Source: Macrostomum lignano (Eukaryota). Taken from it: a stretch of 64,000 nucleotides of DNA. The notes under the pieces were generated by a model. That model saw nothing but the letters and a program-made list of their open reading frames with translations, did not search any database and had not been told where the DNA came from. The position numbers and the translations under genes were made by a program. Positions 11,448 to 22,700 of the stretch are shown here, piece by piece. The stretch spans positions 16,460-80,459 of the forward strand of contig NIVC01001939.1 of assembly GCA_002269645.1 (NCBI GenBank), written 5' to 3'. The stretch's first letter is position 1, and every line of letters starts with the position of its first letter.

Positions 11448-14400
11448 AATGACCCATCTGCTCTGCTTCTGGTGGCCACCACAGTTCAACTCTTAGTGCT
11501 GGGCGATGCGGGTCGCAGTCCCAGAATGCAGTTGCACGCATTGAGCTTTGCCGAGTCTGGCTATCACGTGACCCTGCTAGGTTATTCTGGTTCTCCATGC
11601 CGCTCCGCTGTGGCCAATCACCGGCTGATTAAGGTTGAGCACATCCGGCAGGCTCCCGCTTGGCTTGATCGTCTGCCAACAGTTCTAGCTCAGCCGTTGA
11701 AGCTTCTGGCTCTGCTGGTGCTGCTGTGCTGCAGCCTGTTGGCGCACCCGCGCTCCGACCTGCTGCTGGTGCAGTCGCCGCCAGCTGTGCCCGCCCTGCT
11801 TGTGGCCTGGGCCACCTGCCGGCTGGGTCGGCGTCGGCTTATTGTTGATTGGCACAACTATGGATGGACTCTGGCCAGGTATGCAGTTTATGCTGTTACT
11901 GGGTCCAAACATTCACAGACTCGAAACATTCACAGACTCGAAGCTTCACAAGCTCGAAGCCTCACAGACTCGGAACTTCACAAGCTCGAAGCCTCACAGA
12001 CTCGAAGTTTCACAAGCTCGAAGCCTCACAGACTCGAAGTTTCACAAGCTCGAAGCCTCACAGACTCGAAACTTCACAAGCTCGAAGCCTCACAAGCTCG
12101 AAGCTTCACAAGCTCGAAGCCTCATAAACTCGAATCTTCACAAGCTCGAAACTTTACTAAGCTCAAAGCTTCACAAGCTCGAATCTTCACAAACTCGAAG
12201 CTTCACAAGCTCGAAACTTCACAAGCTCGAAGCTTCACAAGCTCGAAACTTCACAAGGTCGAAGCTTCATAAGCTCGAAGCTTTTCTTCACACAAGCTCG
12301 AAGCTTCACAAGCTCGCAGCCTCACAAGCTCAAAGCTTCACAAACTCAAAGCTTCAAAAGCTCGAAACTTCACACAAGCTCAAAGCTTCACAAACTTCAC
12401 AAGCAAAAATTCATAGGTTGTTTGGGATCCAAGTCCCAAACATCAGATCCAAGTCCCAACCATCAGATTCAAATCCCAACCATCAGATCCAAGTCCCAAC
12501 CATCAGATCCAAATCCCAACCATCAGATCCAAGTCCCAATCACCAGATCCAACTCCCAATCACCAGATTCGAATCCCAAACACAAGATCTAAATCCCAAT
12601 CACCAGATTCGAATCCCAGTCTACAGATCCAAATCCCAGTCTACCGATCCAAATCCCAATCTACAGATCCAAATCCCAATCTACAGATCCAAATCCCAAT
12701 CTACAGATCCAAATCCCAATCTACCGATCCAAATCCCAATCTACAGATCAAAATCCCAATCTACAGATCCAAATCCCAATCTACAGATAAAAATCCCAAT
12801 CTACAGATCAAAATCCCAATCTACAGATCCAAATCCCAATCTACCGATCCAAATCCCAATCTACAGATCAAAATCCCAATCTACAGATCCAAATCCCAAT
12901 CTACAGATAAAAATCCCAATCTACAGATCAAAATCCCAATCTACAGATCCAAATCCCAATCTAGCGATCCAAATCCCAATCTACAGATCAAAATCCCAAT
13001 CTACAGATAAAAATCCCAATCTACAGATCAAAATCCCAATCTACAGATCCAAATCCCAATCTACAGATAAAAATCCCAATCTACAGATCAAAATCCCAAT
13101 CTACAGATCCAAATCCCAATCTACCGATCCAAATCCCAATCTACAGATCAAAATCCCAATCTACAGATCCAAATCCCAATCTACAGATAAAAATCCCAAT
13201 CTACAGATCAAAATCCCAATCTACAGATCCAAATCCCAGTCTACAGATCCAAATCCCAATCTACAGATCCAAATCCCAGTTCACCAATCCAAATCCCAGT
13301 CTACAGATCCAAATCCCAATCTACAGATCCAAATCCCAATCTACAGATCCAAATCCCAGTCTACCGATCAAAATCTCAATCTGCAGATCCAAATCCCCAA
13401 GTACCTAGTCCAAATCCTAAACCCAGTGCTTATGCGCTTACGTGTCCATTTGTCCCTTCGTGCAGAGCCGGCAGATCAATCTACCGCAGCCTCGAGCTCG
13501 GGTTCGCCTCAAGATTTCTCCGCTCGGACACTCACCTGTGCGTCACCGAGGCGATGCGCCGCGACCTGCGCAAAAGCTGGGGCATCGACGCCGTGGCCTT
13601 CCACGACAGGCCCAGCCCGGACTTCGCCGTGCGCGCCAGCGACAATCCGGACGCCACCGCGGCGCATCGCCTATTCGACCGGCTGGGAGCTCCTGGCGGC
13701 CCCGTGCCGCAGCTGGCGGAGACGCCGCTGACTCGGCTGGGCGTTGACGGCGTCGCCCGCTACCTGCCGATTTGCGAGCGGCCAGCTCTGCTGGTCTCCA
13801 GCACCAGCTGGACTCTTGACGAAGACTTCGCTCCGCTGATGGAGGCTTTGGATAGGTGAGGTGCTGCTGCCCTGCCGCCTAGGTGACGCCTGTCCTAGAG
13901 GCCAGATGCGCAACGGACAGCTTAACCGCAGCTATTGCGCGGCGCATCTGAAGGCTGGGGGGACCAAGGACGGGGGGGTCGCCACACACAGCCTTAATTA
14001 CCCCAGCTAATGCTGGCACCCATTTTACAGCTGGGTGAACTGAAGCAATGCAGAGTTGAGTGTCTGGCTCAAGGACACAAATTGTTCCTAGTGGATCGGG
14101 AATCGAACCCCCGACCTTCAAGTCGTTAGTCCGACGCTCTAACCGCTACTATCACTCACTAGGCCACAACCCCTCACTAGACCACAACCCTCACTAGGCC
14201 ACAACCCTCACTAGGCCACAACCCTCACTAGGCCACAACCCTCACTAGGCCACAACCCCTCACTAGGCCACAACCCTCACTAAGCCACAACCCCTCACTA
14301 GGCCACAAACCTCACTAGGCCACAACCCTCACTAGGCCACAACCCCTCACTAGGCCACAACCCTCACTAAGCCACAACCCCTCACTAGGCCACAACCCTC

Positions 14401-15271
14401 ACTAGGCCACAACCCCTTACTAGGCCACAACCCTCACTAGGCCACAACCCTCACTAGGCCACAACCCTCACTAGGCCACAACCCTTCACTAGACCACAAC
14501 CCTCACTAGGCCACAACCCTCACTAGGCCACAACCCTCACTAGGCCACAACCCTCACTAGACCACAACCCTCACTAGGCCACAACCCCTCACTAGGCCAC
14601 AACCCCTCACTAGGCCACAACCCCTCACTATGCTTGCTTCTTGTTACTATACTATTCTACTAACAGTATTCATGCTGGTACCGCTTCTATTATTTTATTG
14701 CTAGTCAATAGTACAGTTACTAAAGTAATAGTAGTACTCTCCCTGACTAGTGCTGCTGTCCCCCTTGGCCGGCAGATACGATTCCAAGGCCGAGTCGGAC
14801 CAGTCGCTGCCCGACCTACTCTGCGTGGTCACCGGGCGCGGTCCGATGCGCGATTATTACCTGTCCCGGGCCGGGCCCTGGCGCTCAGTCCGCCTGGTGT
14901 CCGCCTGGCTGGAGCCGGCCGACTATCCCGCACTGCTGGCCGCGGCCGATCTTGGCGTCAGCCTGCACGCGAGCAGCTCCGGCCTGGACCTGCCAATGAA
15001 GGTGGTGGACATGTTCGGCTGCGGCCTGCCAGTCTGCGCGCTACGCTTCCCGGCTATTGGCGAACTGGTTCGTCACGGCGTCAACGGGCTGCTGTTTGAC
15101 AGCGGCGAACAGCTGGCCGAGCAGCTGGCCAAGCTGCTGAGACCGGCCGAGGCGTCTTCTGTCGACGAATTGAAACGGCTGCGTCGCGGTGCTAGGGACG
15201 CGTTTAGGGGCGACAATTTTGTGAAAGCCTGGCGTAGGATTGTACGGCCGGTGGTGCGGGCCCTCCGATAG
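11448..15271 (+). CDS. ALG1: Chitobiosyldiphosphodolichol beta-1,4-mannosyltransferase (GT-B). Exons ~11448-11878, 13466-13855, 14776-15271; start codon unresolved.
   Basis: Motifs VLGDAGRSPRMQ.HA, IVDWHNYGW, LCVTEAM, LVSSTSWT.DEDF, VTGRGP, DLGVSLH.SSSGLDLPMKVVDMFGCGLPVCA. Both GT-AG introns are phase 2 and restore the frame. Stop TAG at 15269-15271; AATAAA at 15347. Confidence 0.95.
11909..12403. repeat. 16-bp minisatellite (CTCGAAGCTTCACAAG)n, ALG1 intron 1
   Basis: Direct reading; begins ~30 bp after the donor. Confidence 0.95.
12425..13420. repeat. 20-bp minisatellite (AAATCCCAATCTACAGATCC)n, ALG1 intron 1
   Basis: Direct reading; ends ~45 bp before the acceptor. Confidence 0.95.
13915..14152 (-). 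mobile_element. tRNA-headed CORE-type (MIR-like) SINE, copy 1, ALG1 intron 2
   Basis: Reverse complement reads GTAGCGGTTAGAGCGTCGGAC...GGTTCGATTCCC (tRNA head), then TGTGTCCTTGAGCCAGACACTCAACTC...CAGCTGTAAAATGGG, resembling the CORE domain. Second copy at 16490-16728. Confidence 0.8.
14152..14630. repeat. 17/18-bp minisatellite (CACTAGGCCACAACCCT)n, ALG1 intron 2
   Basis: Direct reading. Confidence 0.95.
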
Positions 15272-15346
15272 CCGCTGCTGCATTTTATCAGCTGGCAGAG
15301 CAAGCCTGATATTCCTTTTATTCTACTGTCAGTAGTCTGTTATTTT

Positions 15347-15352
15347 AATAAA
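15347..15352 (+). promoter_or_regulatory. Likely ALG1 polyadenylation signal AATAAA
   Basis: 76 nt after the stop codon, followed by a T/GT-rich tract. Confidence 0.55.
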
Positions 15353-15410
15353 CTTTCTGTGCATTGAACTTCCTGTGGTTTTATTGGGCTATGTCAGGTG
15401 GGGCACTCAT

Positions 15411-16203
15411 CTAGGCTCATTTGACTCTCAATTTGGCTCATCTGACTCTCAATTTGGCTCATCTGACACTCAATTTGGCTCATCTGACACTTATTTTGGC
15501 TATCCTGACACTCAATTTGGCTCATCTGACACTCAATTTGGCTCATCTGACACTTATTTTGGCTATCCTGACACTCAATTTGGCTCATCTGACACTCAAT
15601 TTGGCTCATCTGATTCTAAATTTGGCTTATCTGATTCTAAATTTGGCTCATCTGATTCTTAATTTGGCTCATATGATTCTTAATTTGGCTCATATGATTC
15701 TAAATTTGGCTCATCTGACACTCAATTTGGCTTATCTGATACTAAATTTGGCTCATCTGATTCTTAATTTGGCTCATATGATTCTTAATTTGGCTCATAT
15801 GATTCTAAATTTGGCTCATCTGACACAATTTGGCTTATCTGATTCTAAATTTGGCTCATCTGATTCTTAATTTGGCTCATATGATTCTTAATTTGGCTCA
15901 TATGATTCTAAATTTGGCTCATCTGATTCTAAATTTGGCTCATCTGACTCTCAATTTGGTTCATCTGACACTCAATTTGGCTTATCTGACCCTCAATTTG
16001 GCTCATCTGACACTTAATTTGGTTCATCTGACACTCAGTTTTGCTTATCTGACACTTAATTTGGCTCATCTGACACTCAGTTTTGCTTATCTGACACTTA
16101 ATTTGGCTTATCTGACCCTCAATTTGGTTCATCTGACACTCAATTTGGCTCATCTGACACTTAATTTGGTTCATCTGACACCCAATTTGGCTCATCTGAC
16201 ACT
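15411..16203. repeat. 21-bp minisatellite (TTGGCTCATCTGACACTCAAT)n
   Basis: Direct reading; the overlapping ORFs are repeat artefacts. Confidence 0.95.
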
Positions 16204-16489
16204 TACGAGTTAAGTAGACTACCCTGACACTCAATATAAAGCCGTATGCTTTCAATAATGAAATTTGTTTGCTTATTGTAGATATTTTATTAGTTATAAT
16301 TACTTCGTAATAGTTATAATTGGTGATAGATAATGCTTCAATGATTTTACAGTCCGACTTTCTTATATGAGAAATGACAAATTAATATGCGGATTTCTGT
16401 TCATGCTTTTTAGACTTCTCAATAAAATTTATTGGAATCAGACGAGAGCAGAGTTTTGGTTCTTAACATTGTGTAATTCTCTTTAACCG

Positions 16490-16728
16490 ACAGCTCAGCC
16501 GCAGCTATAGCGTGGCGCATCTGAAGGCTGCGTACGGCTGTTCAGTCCAAGGACTGGGAGGTTGCCACACACAGCCTCAATTATCCCAGCTAATGCTGGC
16601 ACCCATTTTACAGCTGGGTGAACTAAAGCAATGCAGAGTTAAGTGTCTTGCTCAAGGGCAGAAATTGTTCCGAGTGAGTTAAGAATCGAACCACCGACCT
16701 TCAAGTCGTGAGTCCGACGCTCTAACTC
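16490..16728 (-). mobile_element. CORE-type SINE, copy 2 (5' end abuts the second mariner)
   Basis: Aligns with 13915-14152; CCCTTGAGCAAGACACTTAACTC on the minus strand. Confidence 0.8.
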
Positions 16729-16732
16729 CGGT

Positions 16733-17977
16733 CCGGTTGTAACAAAAGTTTCGAGCGTTTTCTTTAAACTTCTAGAACTTTCTCCAGAGAAATTTCTGGA
16801 ATGTTCTATGTGGGTATATAAGAGTGACCAGTGCGCACTACTATCCATATGGATTATGCTCAACCTTCAACTACAATGGCTACGCAACAACACAATCAAC
16901 GTCACCTCATTCGAGCATCTTTACTTTTCTGCTTCAAGCTGGGCGACTCAGCAGCTGAGGCGCATCGCAAGTTATGTCAGGCATATGGCGAGGACTGTCT
17001 GAGTGAGCAACGCTGCCTTGCCTGGTTCGCGCAGTTCAAGAAGGGTGACGAATCACTCAAAGACAAGGAGCGCTCTGTTCGCCCACCTGAGCTCGATATT
17101 CAGCAGCTTGCCCTGCTTGTCGAAAGTGAGCCACATCTCACAACACGTGAAATGGCACAGTACTTCAAGGTCTCTGCCATGACCATCGACCGCGGCCTTC
17201 ATCAGATCGGCAAAGTACACAAGCTTGGTCGATGGGTTCCACACGAACTTTCACCTGAGAACAAAAATTAGCGCATCATCACATGCACCCAACTCCTGTC
17301 CTATCGTCGCAACCCAGAATGGCTCGATACCCTGGTGACTGGCGATGAGTAGTGGGTGGCCTACTTCAACATCACACGCAAGCGCCAGTGGCTTGGCATG
17401 GGTGATCAGCCACAGCCAATGCGCAAACCTGATCCACACCAAAAGAAGGTCATGCTGTGGTCTGGTGGAATACCAGTAGAATTTTCCACTGGGAGCTTCT
17501 GCCTCGTAACACCAGCATCACTGCCGATGTCTACTGTGAGCAGCTGGATAGACTGCACCAGGCTATTGCCAAGCAGCAGGGCGCTGGCGCAAAAATTCGA
17601 TTTCTTCAAGACAACGCCCGACCTCACGTGGCGAAGAAGACACTACAGAAGCTGCTCGAGCTGGGCTGGGAAGTCATGCCCTACCCTCCATACTCGCCTG
17701 ATCTTGCGCCATCAGACTACCACCTGTTCTGCTCAATGCAGAACCACAAATGGTGTGACGTTAAAAGACGAGGAGGAGGTGAAAGCCTGGCTTAAGCAAT
17801 ACTTCAAGTCGCTGTCACCTGAATTCTTTAAGAAGGGCATCCACAATCTCATCGCCAGATGGCAACAGGTCATCGATCAGGATGGTGATTATATCCTGGA
17901 ATAGAAACTGTGATGGAACTGGAAAATGAGTTCAAGGTTTGAGTACAAAAACGCTCGAAACTTTTGTTACAACCCAA
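16733..17977 (+). mobile_element. Second mariner element, inactive
   Basis: TIR GGTTGTAACAAAAGTTTCGAGCGTTTT at both ends. Outermost bases and TA duplication are degenerate. Confidence 0.9.
16849..17904 (+). pseudogene. Mariner DD34D transposase pseudogene
   Basis: WVPHEL, VTGDE*W, FLQDNARPH, YSPDLAPSDYHLF, GDY motifs. Two TAG stops and two frameshifts. CpGs largely retained. Confidence 0.95.
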
Positions 17978-18389
17978 TGGTAAGAAAATTCATATAATTT
18001 TAAAAGACTAACAAGGCAACTTCCCAGTAGCTTGAAGGCATACAGTATACACACAAAATTACTCTGATGAAGCACGTTATGTGATCTATCGAATTTCGAT
18101 AAAAAAACAACACGTCGGCTGCGTAGACAGCTGTATCAAGTGTCGTCTGTGGGGATTCAGAAAAACCGCAGTCATTCCCGCTACGTCCATCGATTGCTCA
18201 TCTTTTCCCTTCTCATCCCCGCCGTGCATGGCAGCCCGCAATTTTATCTCTTCCTTGCTGCTGGTCCCCAGCTAATCATCTTTTCTACCGCAGTTCTTAT
18301 TCTCTATCTGATTACATCTTTCGTTGCATCCCTCTTCAAACAGTATTTTTCTCTGCATTAACTCAGAGATGTATAAATATGGATTTCGA

Positions 18390-19200
18390 GTTCAAAACAG
18401 CTGCAGTTTTGAACTTAGCAGAATTCAAAACTGTACAGTTCTGAGCTGAGCAGAATTCAAAACAGTGTAGTTTTGAGCTGAGCAGAATTAAAAGCAACTG
18501 CAGTTTCGAGCTGAGCAGAATTCAAAGCAACTGCAGTTTTGAGCTGAGCAGATTTCAAAGCAACTGCAGTTCTGAGCTGCAGTTTTGAGCTGAGCAGAGT
18601 TCAAAGCAACTGCAGTTTTGAGCTGAGCAGAATTCAAAGCAACTGCAGTTTTGAGCTGAGCAGAGTTCAAAGCAACTGCAGCTTTGAGCTGAGCAGAATT
18701 CAAAGCAACTGCAGCTTTGAGCTGAGCAGAATTCAAAGCAACTGCAGTTCTGAGCTGAGCAGAGTTCAAAGCAACTGCAGTTTTGAGCTGAGCAGAATTC
18801 AAAGCAACTGCAGCTTTGAGCTGAGCAGAATTCAAAGCAACTGCAGCTTTGAGCTGAGCGGAGTTCAAAGCAACTGCAGTTCTGAGCTGAGCAGAATTCA
18901 AAGCAACTGCAGTTCTGAGCTGAGCAGAATTCAAAACAACTGCAGTTTTGAGCTGAGCGGAGTTCAAAGCAACTGCAGCTTTGAGCTGAGCAGAATTCAA
19001 AGCAACTGCAGTTTTGAGCTGAGCAGAGTTCAAAGCAACTGCAGCTTTGAGCTGAGCAGAATTCAAAGCAACTGCAGTTCTGAGCTGAGCAGAATTCAAA
19101 GCAACTGCAGCTTTGAGCTGAGCAGAATTCAAAGCAACTGCAGCTTTGAGCTGAGCGGAGTTCAAAGCAACTGCAGTTCTGAGCTGAGCGGAGTTCAAAG
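18390..19200. repeat. 33-bp minisatellite (TTCAAAGCAACTGCAGTTTTGAGCTGAGCAGAA)n
   Basis: Direct reading, ~24 units. Confidence 0.95.
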
Positions 19201-19783
19201 CACTCTGAATGTCTGAATACTCGTATATTGTACGTGACTTCCCGTACTTGACTGAACAAAATTGTTGAGTTAACAAAAATCGCAGTTAGTATGAACTGCA
19301 ATGTTTGCTCTCAGTTCTGCCCTTCTTGTCTACCTTGTGCCTCTATGCATAGGACTTGCAGTAAGGGCTGAACAAAGCTCTGCTTAGTCGGGTGTGGATT
19401 CCTCAATATTCTCGATTTCTCTTCTAAAGCTCGGGTGTCACTCACGGAAAATTCTCCAACAGCAGCCAGGAGCCCTCAGCGAGGCTAAAGTGTTGCAAAT
19501 TGTTGCTTCAAAATTCTTCTCGTTGGCGCTTTGCCTCTTCTTCAATTTCCTAGCATAAGCTTGTGCACTTTACTTTGCACTTTTAATGGATACTTCTCTC
19601 TGTTCGCTCCCACTGGATGCCCTTTCTTGCTCGTTCTCAGCCGAAAATTGAACTTGATATTGCTTCCGGCATGCAGCTGTACGTCTTGACTTAACTTGAC
19701 TTAGCTGCAGGGCTGTCCCGGAGGGGACACAGCGGGAAGGCGCGGGCGCCCATTCCGCTAGTCCCTGAACGGCCGACGCGTCG

Positions 19784-22700
19784 CTATGGACGGAGGGTTG
19801 GCGCCGCCCAGGGAGGTCCCCCAGTGTCGCCAGCAGCTATGGTGCTCTCTGGAAAGGAGAGTTCAGCCCTGCGGGTGGCCCGAAGGTAGCGCATGAGCTG
19901 ATTAAAGTTTTCGGGTTTGCACGCTTCAGTAATAGATGTGTGTGGCCCGAGGTAAGTGAGTCTGGCCCGCGTGAAGGCGGGACAGATGCTGACGAAATGC
20001 TCAGCGGTTTCGTCACCTGAGTTGCAGAAACTACAGGTGGCGTTGGTGGCGTTGCCCTGCAGGTACTGGTGCCTGGAGAAGCAGCCGTGACCAGAGAGGG
20101 TCATGGCAGCCCGGATGTCTCTGCGCGAGAGGCGCAAGAGGAGCTTCCGGAGCTGGTGAGAGGGCTGAGGGACAGCGCCTCTGGATTGCCTGCAGTTCGT
20201 GCGGTTCGCCCAAGTCGAGCGGTGCTGAGTCCTGATCCACGCTTTGATGCGCGAGTCGATGACACAGCCAGGAATCGGGACAAGAGGTTCGGGGCCGAGA
20301 GAGGAGCCGGAGGCACCAACTTTTGCAAGGGTGTCAGCCAACTCATTTCCTCGGATCCCCACATGCCCCGGAACCCACTTAAGGGTAATTTTGTTGGCGG
20401 AACCCAACACGTTGAGGAGTTTGATACAGTCGAGGACTGTAGCAGAGTTGGTGCTGCAGCCACTGATGGCGTGCAAGGCAGCTTGGCTGTCCGAATGGAA
20501 AATGATGTTCTTACCAGTAACGCCAGTGGCGAGAAGCTCTGCAGTGCAGGAGCTGATGGCCAGAACTTCATTTTGGAAAACACTGGAGTTGACCCCAGTG
20601 TATTGAGCGTGGGTAGCAATGACCCTCTCGTTCAGAAAGATTCCAACACCAAAGCCGGTGTTGGCTGACTGCTTAGAACCGTCGGTGTAGCAATGAAGCT
20701 CACCAGGGTTCCATTGGTCATTGATGTTATCGCGCGAGTCGATAGCTACGGAGTAGCGCTGTCTCAGGTTGAGCGTTGAGGCAATGCCATCGGTGAAGAC
20801 GCGATTGGCCTGACACTCGTTGAGAAAGTTGAGGCACAGATCGCTATGCGGGACAAGGTTCCGCTTAGCAGGTGCTCTCATGTAAATGAATTTGACGCCG
20901 GCATCAATTAGACGCCGCGTCGTTCTAGCCGCCTCACCCCTGATGAAGAGGTCAAGAGGCGGAAGATTAAGGAAGGCCCCCATGCCAGCAAAGGGCATGG
21001 ACCTGGTGGCGTTGCAGATGAGCCTACACGCTCTGCCTTGGATCGTGTTGAGCAGGTCTGCATGGCTTTTGACCTGGGTAGCGCTAACCCAGACAACAGA
21101 GGCGTACGTAATGGCAGGTCTAACTACGGAAGTATAGATCCACCAAAGCCGCTTTGGGGATAGACCCCAAGAAGTGCCAAGTGCTCGTCGGAGCTGGGCC
21201 AGGATGGCTGAGGCACGCTTGGCTTTTGCTTTCACGTGGGAGGACCAGTTGAACCGGTGGTCAAGTATGACCCCGAGACATCTGGTCTGGTGCGCGAAGG
21301 CAATATCTCTGCCGTAGAGCTGCAGAGGACGTATGTTCCAGCGTAGTCTGCTGGTAAACATAATGGCAACGGTTTTGGGCTCAGAGAGTTCCAGACCATT
21401 GTCATTGGCCCAAGATTCTGCTTTGCGGATAAAGCTCTGCATCAGATCCCTGAGCGTGCTGGGAGACGGTCCTGCCACAATGGCCGTGACGTCATCAGCA
21501 TACCCGACTTTGAAGACGGGGTCGGGTCGGGAGTCACTCAAAAGAGCGTCCATGACCAGGTTCCAGAGCGTCGGGGTGAGGACTCCGCCTTGGGGTCCAC
21601 CCTTACAGACTCTGGTGGAGGCAGTTTGCCCAAGAAGTTGGGCAGTGACCGTACGGTTGGAGATCATGTACATGGTCCACCGTATGAGGGTAGCATGAGC
21701 TTTGCGATTTTGAAGGGCCCTCTGAAACGCTTCAAAGATAACGTTGTCGAAGGCGCCAACAATGTCAAGAAAGAGAGCCAGAGCGTAACCGTCACCCAGT
21801 ACCGCCCTTTCAATCTTCTCGACAATCGCATGCAGGGCGCTGTCAGTCGACCTCCCGGTACGGAAGGCGTGCTGATTATTGCTGAGGGGCATCGCTGTCA
21901 GCTCGCAGGACAGCAGCCGCCAGAGAATAAGCCTCTCAGTGAGCTTAAGCATTGCTGACGTTAAGCTAATAGGCCGGAAGGCCTTGACGCTTTGGTAGTC
22001 ACCCTTCCCAGGTTTGGGAATAAAGACTACCCGAGCTTCAGTCCAGCATTTGGGAACGTATCCCAGCTGGATAGAGGCCCGCATATGATTGCGGGTGAGT
22101 CTCAGGAACGAGGGTATCTTGGCTGCTTCACGAAGGAGAACAGGGTAGATACCATCAGGTCCAGGAGATTTGAAGGGTTTGAAGGTTCTGACCGCACGAG
22201 CGATTAGGTCTTCAGTGACAATGCCCGCCGCTAGGGTGGCTCCATCCATCGAATGGTTGGGCTCTGGTCTAGCAGTAGGTACCCTCGGGAAGAATGTGCT
22301 AAGCATATGCTGAAGCACTTCTTCAGGGTCTTTAGTAAGAGAGCCATCATCTTTTTTGATCATGGCTAATTTGGACATTTTGTCCATTGTAAGGGCCTTG
22401 ACAAGCCTAGAAGTAGGTCTGTCTTGATCCAATTCATTGCAGAATTGGCGCCACTTACATTCCTTGGCCTTGCGCACTTCAGATTTGAAATTGCGGGAGG
22501 CTTGCCGGAAAAGCTCCATGTCCTCCGGGTTTCCGGTCTTCATGGCACGGCGATGAAGGCTTTTGGCCTTCCGCCTGAGTTTCCCCAGCTCCGGGTTCCA
22601 CCACGGCGCCGAGGTCTTGCCTTTGTAGGCGCGAGCAGGACAAGCCGCTTCGTAGGCTTCAATAATGCAACCTGTCAGCGTCTCAGCCATATGATCCACA

